From a virus, in the IMG/VR virus record IMGVR_UViG_3300044825_000698, positions 35,045-99,044 of that record: a stretch of DNA of 64,000 bases; one strand, given 5' to 3'. The position numbers were made by a program, and so were the translations under genes. Positions 62,243 through 64,000 of the stretch are shown here, piece after piece. The notes below the pieces were generated by a model. The model was given only the letters and a program-made list of their open reading frames with translations, had not been told where the DNA came from and searched no databases. Position 1 is the stretch's first letter. The number at the start of each line of letters is the position of its first letter.

Positions 62243-62872
62243 CTAGGCACATGGGGTTGCCCACGGGCCTCGCCAGCCACATCCGTGCTTCTGCTCTCCG
62301 TAGAGCCAGACGGCCAGACCGGCCCGGAGGTTCACCTCAGGCTGGAACAGGTCCTCACAGGTGGTAAGGATGCCCCGGTCTTGTAGCCAGCCAGCCTGGG
62401 ACCACCTAGAGGGTTGGCACCAGTAGCCGTTGATCTGCATGAGACCCCGAGAGCCACCGTTTGTGTCGGTTCGATTCCAGGAGCCAATGTTGCACCGGCT
62501 CTCACGGAACAGAACATACGACATGGTTGACCACTCGTCGGCAGGCCAACCGATAGACATGGCTAGGTCGTACCACTCACCACACGGGCCGTACTTGTCT
62601 CGCATGACTGCGATGTTGGCCAACCTCTGCTCTTCTGCTTTCGCCTTGGCGTAAGTGTCGAGAGCAACCCAGTCCACTCCGCTCAAATCGGGAAGAGTGG
62701 TCGTGGGGGCTGGTGGTTTCGTGGTTGTTGGGGCAACGGTTGATGTAGTGGTGGTTACGGTGGTTTCTGTAACTACCTCAGTTGGTTCTCGCGTGGAGTC
62801 CACTGCCACCACTGTGGTGATTCCTGCGACAGGAATGAACCCAGCGATGAGTGCTATGAACAATGCTCGCAC
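62243..62872 (-). CDS. Secreted/membrane lytic transglycosylase (SLT-like)
   Basis: N-terminal TM, Thr-rich linker, RESRC, GLMQIN, PEVNL. Confidence 0.8.
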   Translation of the reverse strand: MRALFIALIAGFIPVAGITTVVAVDSTREPTEVVTETTVTTTTSTVAPTTTKPPAPTTTLPDLSGVDWVALDTYAKAKAEEQRLANIAVMRDKYGPCGEWYDLAMSIGWPADEWSTMSYVLFRESRCNIGSWNRTDTNGGSRGLMQINGYWCQPSRWSQAGWLQDRGILTTCEDLFQPEVNLRAGLAVWLYGEQKHGCGWRGPWATPCA

Positions 62873-62967
62873 TGAACTTCTCCTTGGTTAGGGGATAAAG
62901 ACAAGGCCCTACGACGTGTGTAGGGCCAAGGTCAATATTACCAAAGGATGACGAGTACGAACAACCT

Positions 62968-63348
62968 CTAGTCGCTAGAGAGTACAAAGATCAGTTCGGA
63001 GATGTCGAACTCTTCACTACTCTTAGGTAGTTTGTCCATATCAACACGGTTGTGTATTCGCACTGAAGCGTGTCTACAGTCTTTACACGTACACCCTAAG
63101 CGGAACTTCTCGGGTGTGCCATGCGCCACCCGTGCGGTGCCTTTACGCTCCTGCGGAGTGAGTCCACCCCACATACCCCACACTTCTTCGTTCTTGGTGG
63201 CTTCGGCAAGACATTCACGCCATACCGGACACCGGAAACACACGGCCTTACCTACGGTGTAGTAGTTACCAGGAGTCGGAGACTCTAGCGGCGGATACCA
63301 GAGATGTGCGTGCATCCCTTTACATCTGGCATCGGCTAACCACTCCAT
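62968..63348 (-). CDS. WhiB-family transcription factor with extra C-terminal Cys motif
   Basis: WLADARC...CFRCPVWREC...GMWGG.TP.ER; HGT....GCTCKDC. Confidence 0.9.
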   Translation of the reverse strand: MEWLADARCKGMHAHLWYPPLESPTPGNYYTVGKAVCFRCPVWRECLAEATKNEEVWGMWGGLTPQERKGTARVAHGTPEKFRLGCTCKDCRHASVRIHNRVDMDKLPKSSEEFDISELIFVLSSD

Positions 63349-63388
63349 AAGGGGCTAACATACCATATGACTTAGGACATATGGTGGC

Positions 63389-63631
63389 TTATTGACACCG
63401 GTGTTCCTCAAACTGCCGTTTCGCCTCGTGAAGCAGATCGTAGTTTCCGTTCAGTAAGAACGACTCGATGGCTTTGTACAGAGTGTCAGACATCTGCGAT
63501 TCCTTCTGTACCACTGAGTAACTCGCTATGAGTGTCTTGATGAGATCATCGGACATACGAGTCGGGAGATCGACAACATAGGTGTGCTCGTTGTCGGGCA
63601 TCTTCCAGATCGACATTCCATCACTCGCCAT
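63389..63631 (-). CDS. Hypothetical protein
   Basis: Coupled ORF. Confidence 0.55.
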   Translation of the reverse strand: MASDGMSIWKMPDNEHTYVVDLPTRMSDDLIKTLIASYSVVQKESQMSDTLYKAIESFLLNGNYDLLHEAKRQFEEHRCQ

Positions 63632-63923
63632 CGACTATCACCGTTTCGTAGCCACACCCGGCGTAACCAGCCAGGTCGACCCATGAGTCTCGCTTCTCTG
63701 GTTGCCAGGCAATACGGGACAGTTTCAGGAGCGCCATCAAGGCGGCGACATCGTGTGGTTTCACGTCGATACCGAGATAAGCAGACCACATACGAGCGGT
63801 ACGGGTGAAGTCCTGGGTCGGTTCTCCGTACTGGTTATTACGTTCACCAGTGATAAGGCGGTTGGCTTCAGCAAGAACCTCAGACCTGAGCACCGGAACC
63901 AGCCTCAACGAGAGATTCCTCAC
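63621..63923 (-). CDS. DUF6378 domain protein
   Basis: L.EA..LI.GER..QYG...F...A..WS.YL....DVA..M.LLK.SR.....DSW.D.AGY. Confidence 0.8.
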   Translation of the reverse strand: MRNLSLRLVPVLRSEVLAEANRLITGERNNQYGEPTQDFTRTARMWSAYLGIDVKPHDVAALMALLKLSRIAWQPEKRDSWVDLAGYAGCGYETVIVDGE

Positions 63924-64000
63924 GAACCTTATTCACGGTGTACATAACGAGTGACTCCAGTTCTTTGTAGAGCCACTCAGCGGCCTTCTTCTTACCCTTG

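Overview
This window is part of a large tailed-phage genome with a contractile tail (sheath and tube genes). Two WhiB genes, an MSMEG_6728-type glycosylase and many apparently leaderless genes point to an actinobacterial host (inference). Left arm (1-41.9 kb, minus strand): tail, neck, head, portal and terminase genes; collagen-like and glycine-rich fibres with glycosyltransferase, 2OG-Fe(II) oxygenase and methyltransferase genes; lysis genes; a tRNA-Ile(UAU); two surface proteins; and a cluster of small ART-, GNAT- and ParB-like enzymes sharing a short 'xQF/xLF' peptide tag. Junction (41.9-42.7 kb): a non-coding hub with 8 co-oriented DnaA boxes, CRP-like boxes, direct repeats and an alternating purine-pyrimidine tract. 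Right arm (42.7-60 kb, plus strand, visibly GC-richer): probable early genes (SNF2 helicase, MoxR AAA+/VWA pair, HNH, pyrimidine-dimer glycosylase, many small ORFs). This arm carries most of the 17 copies of a palindrome YGTCTCA-N3-TGAGACR and a family of promoter-like motifs (TGCCnn-N10-TAnnnT). The window ends in a convergent minus-strand block (deaminase, two WhiB, glycosyltransferase, transglycosylase). All assignments are by eye; no searches were run.
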